A stretch of DNA of 64,000 bases, from contig NZ_JBEQCS010000008.1 of the NCBI RefSeq assembly GCF_046054195.1, forward strand, positions 14,090 through 78,089. The letters are read 5' to 3'. The stretch is from Celerinatantimonas sp. MCCC 1A17872. GTDB lineage: Bacteria > Pseudomonadota > Gammaproteobacteria > Enterobacterales > Celerinatantimonadaceae. Shown piece by piece: positions 60,529 to 64,000 of the stretch. Position 1 is the stretch's first letter. Each line of letters begins with the position of its first letter. The notes below the pieces were generated by a model, which ran no database searches, was not told the origin of the DNA, and saw only the letters and a program-made list of their open reading frames with translations. The translations under genes were made by a program, and so were the position numbers.

Positions 60529-61923
60529 TTATTGATAAAGCTTGTAAATTGCGTTTTGGTTTAGATCTTCGGCCGCCTCATGGATCCCCTCGGAGATAGT
60601 TGGGTGCGCATGAATGGTTCCAAGAATATCATCGTAGGTTGCATTTAAAGTTAAACTCAACGCGCCTTCATGGATCATATCGCTCGCGCGAGGGCCTAAA
60701 ATATGTAAGCCGACAATTCGGGCCGTCTGTGCATCCACAATCCATTTGACCAGGCCAGTCTGGTTATGAATCACGGTTTTGGCGTTATCACCAAGTGATG
60801 AAAGGCCAACTTTGATGGTTTTATATTGTTTTTTCGCGGCTTCTTCGGTTAAGCCTACGCTGGCAAATTCGGGTTGTGTGTAGACACAGGCAGGAACCGT
60901 TTTTGAGCTATAGTCACTTTGTTGACCGGCAATATTCTCAGCCGCCACAATCCCTTGTGCTGATGCTACATGCGCTAACATATAGCCACCGGTACAATCG
61001 CCAATTGCATAGATGTGTTCGATGTTCGTTTGCATCTGTTCATTTACATCAATGGCTCCTCGGCTGATGGCAACCTGTGTGTTTTCTAAGCCAAATCCAT
61101 GAGTTAGTGGTTTGCGACCGACTGCCATTAGCACTTGCGTTGCTTCTAAATGAAGTGGTTGGCCTTGATTATCAACACTGACTGTTAGTTTGCCATCATC
61201 TAAGGCTTGAATCTCTTGGACCTTCGCATTGGTGTAAATTGAAATGCCTTCGCGCTCTAAGAGCGTCGCCAGTTCTTGGGTTAATTGCTGGTCCATATGC
61301 GGCAGAATTTTGGGGGCTGCTTCAATAATGGTCACTTTTGCGCCGAATCGATTCAGCATCTGTGCAAATTCAATTCCGATGACACCGCCGCCAATAATGA
61401 CCATCTCTTTGGGAACAGATTCAAGACACAGGGCTTCATCGCTGGTGATCACCCCTTTTAAATGAGCACCTGGAATATTAACAATGGCGGGCTCTGAACC
61501 GGTGGCTAAAATGAGTTGTTCAAATTCGATGTGTTGCTCAGTGCCATCGGGGTAAAGAAGCAATGCTTCTTTTTCATTAATCAGTGAGGCATTGGCTCGA
61601 ATCAATTCAACGCCTTTTGCTGGAATGAGTTGGTCAAGATTAGTCGTGATGTTGTTAATAATTTGATTTTTTCGGGCTTGGAGTTTGTGCATATCGACGC
61701 TGATGTGCTCGACATTTAATCCAATTGTCTCGGCATGCGAGCATTCAGCTAATAATTCTGATGTATACAGCATAGTTTTGGTTGGAATACACCCTTGATG
61801 TAGACAGGTTCCTCCTAATTTATATTTCTCAACAACCGTTACTTTTTTGCCTAATTCAGCCAGTTTAATTGCCGCTACATGGCCACCTGGGCCACCACCG
61901 ATGACGAGTACATTCGTTTTCAT
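60529..61923 (-). CDS. Dihydrolipoyl-dehydrogenase-family FAD/NAD(P) disulfide oxidoreductase
   Basis: FAD motif VIGGGPGG, redox-active disulfide GGTCLHQGCIPTK, and a C-terminal dimerisation domain. Confidence 0.8.
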   Translation of the reverse strand: MKTNVLVIGGGPGGHVAAIKLAELGKKVTVVEKYKLGGTCLHQGCIPTKTMLYTSELLAECSHAETIGLNVEHISVDMHKLQARKNQIINNITTNLDQLIPAKGVELIRANASLINEKEALLLYPDGTEQHIEFEQLILATGSEPAIVNIPGAHLKGVITSDEALCLESVPKEMVIIGGGVIGIEFAQMLNRFGAKVTIIEAAPKILPHMDQQLTQELATLLEREGISIYTNAKVQEIQALDDGKLTVSVDNQGQPLHLEATQVLMAVGRKPLTHGFGLENTQVAISRGAIDVNEQMQTNIEHIYAIGDCTGGYMLAHVASAQGIVAAENIAGQQSDYSSKTVPACVYTQPEFASVGLTEEAAKKQYKTIKVGLSSLGDNAKTVIHNQTGLVKWIVDAQTARIVGLHILGPRASDMIHEGALSLTLNATYDDILGTIHAHPTISEGIHEAAEDLNQNAIYKLYQ

Positions 61924-62172
61924 ATTTTCCTCATTTTCCTATTATTCTATCTTTCTATAGATTAATGGAATAATGTCTTGTTCTTCGGTATCATTATTTG
62001 ATTCAAATCAAATTTGACGAACTCTTTCCACTAGGAGGAATGTTTTGTTCACTCATTATTGTGAGGGTGGATGAATTAATGTGAAGTTTTGTTTTGATGT
62101 GCATTATTGGTGAAATATAGATTTATATTCTATTTTTCTATCTATCTTAAAATAATATTTTAGAGAAAAACG

Positions 62173-62664
62173 ATGAGTCATATTGTGATGTTCTGCCTTT
62201 TTGTTGGGATAGGCTCCACCATTGTCTTAGATGTTTGGGTTGAAATTGTTAAAAAGGTAACGGGTATTCCGCCGACCAACTGGGGCGCGGTTGGGCGCTG
62301 GGTTAGTCGGATTCCAAAGGGGCTGTTATTTCTCGATACCAGCGATACACGAGATTTTAGTTCGTTTGAAAAAACGCTTGGCTGGTGTTTCCACTACATC
62401 ATTGGTGTGGCTTATGCGGTGTTATTGCTTTTATTAGGTGGCGTTTCATTTATCGCGCATCCAACGCTTATGCCTATTTTCCTGATTGGGGTTTGTTTGA
62501 GTTCGTTGGCAGGATTAATGATTTTGATGCCATGCTTAGGCGGTGGATTCTTCGCTCGCAAGGTTCCCAATCCATTCACGATTATCGTTTATATTATCAT
62601 TGCTCATATTCTTTTCGCTCTGGGTCAATACGTCTTTTCCATCATGTATAACGTCATCTTTTAG
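62173..62664 (+). CDS. Small integral membrane protein (DUF2938-like)
   Basis: 163 aa with 4-5 predicted TM helices. Confidence 0.5.
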   Translation: MSHIVMFCLFVGIGSTIVLDVWVEIVKKVTGIPPTNWGAVGRWVSRIPKGLLFLDTSDTRDFSSFEKTLGWCFHYIIGVAYAVLLLLLGGVSFIAHPTLMPIFLIGVCLSSLAGLMILMPCLGGGFFARKVPNPFTIIVYIIIAHILFALGQYVFSIMYNVIF

Positions 62665-62684
62665 ATAAAATCTGGTCGTATTCA

Positions 62685-63293
62685 ATGAAAATCCAAACCA
62701 TTGGATTGTATATTTGTTTAGTTCTTTTAGCTCCGTTCAGTTACGCGCAGGACCATTTTCAAGAAGGTGTTAACTATCAAGTAGTGGCTCAACCCGCGAC
62801 TAAACAGCCACAAATTATGGAGTTTTTCTCCTATGGTTGCCCACATTGCTTTGCACTTGAGCCGATTATGCTTTCCCTTAGAAAGCAGGTTCCCGCTAAT
62901 GTTCAGTTTAAGCGCACTCATGTGGCATTTGTTGGTGGAGATAGTGGCCCTTTGTTACAGCGCGCGTATGCAATCAGTGATGTGTTGGGCGTTGAGAAAA
63001 AATTCACGCCCATCTTCTTTTTCCATATCATGCGATTGCACCATTTTATCGACTCAACGCAGGCGCTTCGTCAAATCTTTATCGATAATGGTGTGTCGGC
63101 CAGTGATTTTGATGGCAGTGTGAATAGTTTTTTTGTGAACAATATGATCGCGCAAATGGATGCACGAACACAGGCTTATCATATTCGAGGTGTTCCGACC
63201 GTAGTGATTAATGGCCGCTATCAAATTGTGCCTTCATCGATCAAATCGGTTCAGCAATATATTAATTTAGTGAATTTTCTGCTGAAGAAGTAA
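62685..63293 (+). CDS. dsbA: Thiol:disulfide interchange protein DsbA
   Basis: Signal peptide. Thioredoxin-fold active site FFSYGCPHCF. Confidence 0.8.
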   Translation: MKIQTIGLYICLVLLAPFSYAQDHFQEGVNYQVVAQPATKQPQIMEFFSYGCPHCFALEPIMLSLRKQVPANVQFKRTHVAFVGGDSGPLLQRAYAISDVLGVEKKFTPIFFFHIMRLHHFIDSTQALRQIFIDNGVSASDFDGSVNSFFVNNMIAQMDARTQAYHIRGVPTVVINGRYQIVPSSIKSVQQYINLVNFLLKK

Positions 63294-63382
63294 CGTTCAA
63301 AAGTCTGACATGCCCATTGGCTGGTAGCACTCTCAAGTGCTACCAGCCAATGGGCATGTCAGAACAACCCTAAAGACTGGAA

Positions 63383-64000
<618 letters not shown>

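Overview
This window looks like chromosomal DNA from an AT-rich marine gammaproteobacterium (Vibrionaceae- or Shewanella-like). The host is inferred from gene content only.

Three accessory regions stand out:

- **attC cassette array (about 2.55-16.0 kb).** A 13.5-kb array of integron gene cassettes sits immediately downstream of a 5'-truncated gcvP. No integrase gene is present in the window. The cassettes carry small ORFs followed by attC sites (…TAACAAA…GCGTTAKR…). They include SUKH/SMI1-KNR4 immunity-like proteins, SnoaL-like proteins and an inverted GNAT/DUF1778 toxin-antitoxin pair. A large three-gene insert (glutamate-decarboxylase-like enzyme, Cache-domain membrane sensor, MFS transporter) lies inside the array. 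Two copies of a 150-bp palindrome-bearing repeat also lie inside it.

- **RtcR/RtcB RNA-repair locus (29.3-35.5 kb).** It contains the genes rtcR, SPFH, rtcB, RlaP-type nucleotidyltransferase and a 3'-5' exonuclease. The sigma54-dependent leader contains two tandem tRNA-like elements (31135-31257). This is the candidate I think most likely to be new.

- **Glycyl-radical-enzyme microcompartment (GRM) locus (38.9-56.2 kb).** It encodes an Fe-alcohol dehydrogenase, PduL, EutJ, EutN, a DUF336 protein, acetate kinase, BMC-H/BMC-T/EutS shell proteins, a CoA-acylating aldehyde dehydrogenase, a DJ-1/PfpI protein, an 849-aa glycyl radical enzyme and its radical-SAM activase. A second BMC-H with a long Lys/Thr/Pro-rich tail and a divergent MetK paralog converge on it from the minus strand. 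A PocR-domain histidine kinase and a CheY-AraC response regulator sit next to these.

The rest of the window holds two MCP chemoreceptors, an HxlR/MBL/MFS module, an orphan uxuA with a uxuR remnant, ldh, a metallophosphoesterase, and a thiol/redox cluster (ArsR-rhodanese regulator, Lpd-like oxidoreductase, DsbA, TrxB). No CRISPR array, rRNA, genuine tRNA or transposase was recognised.
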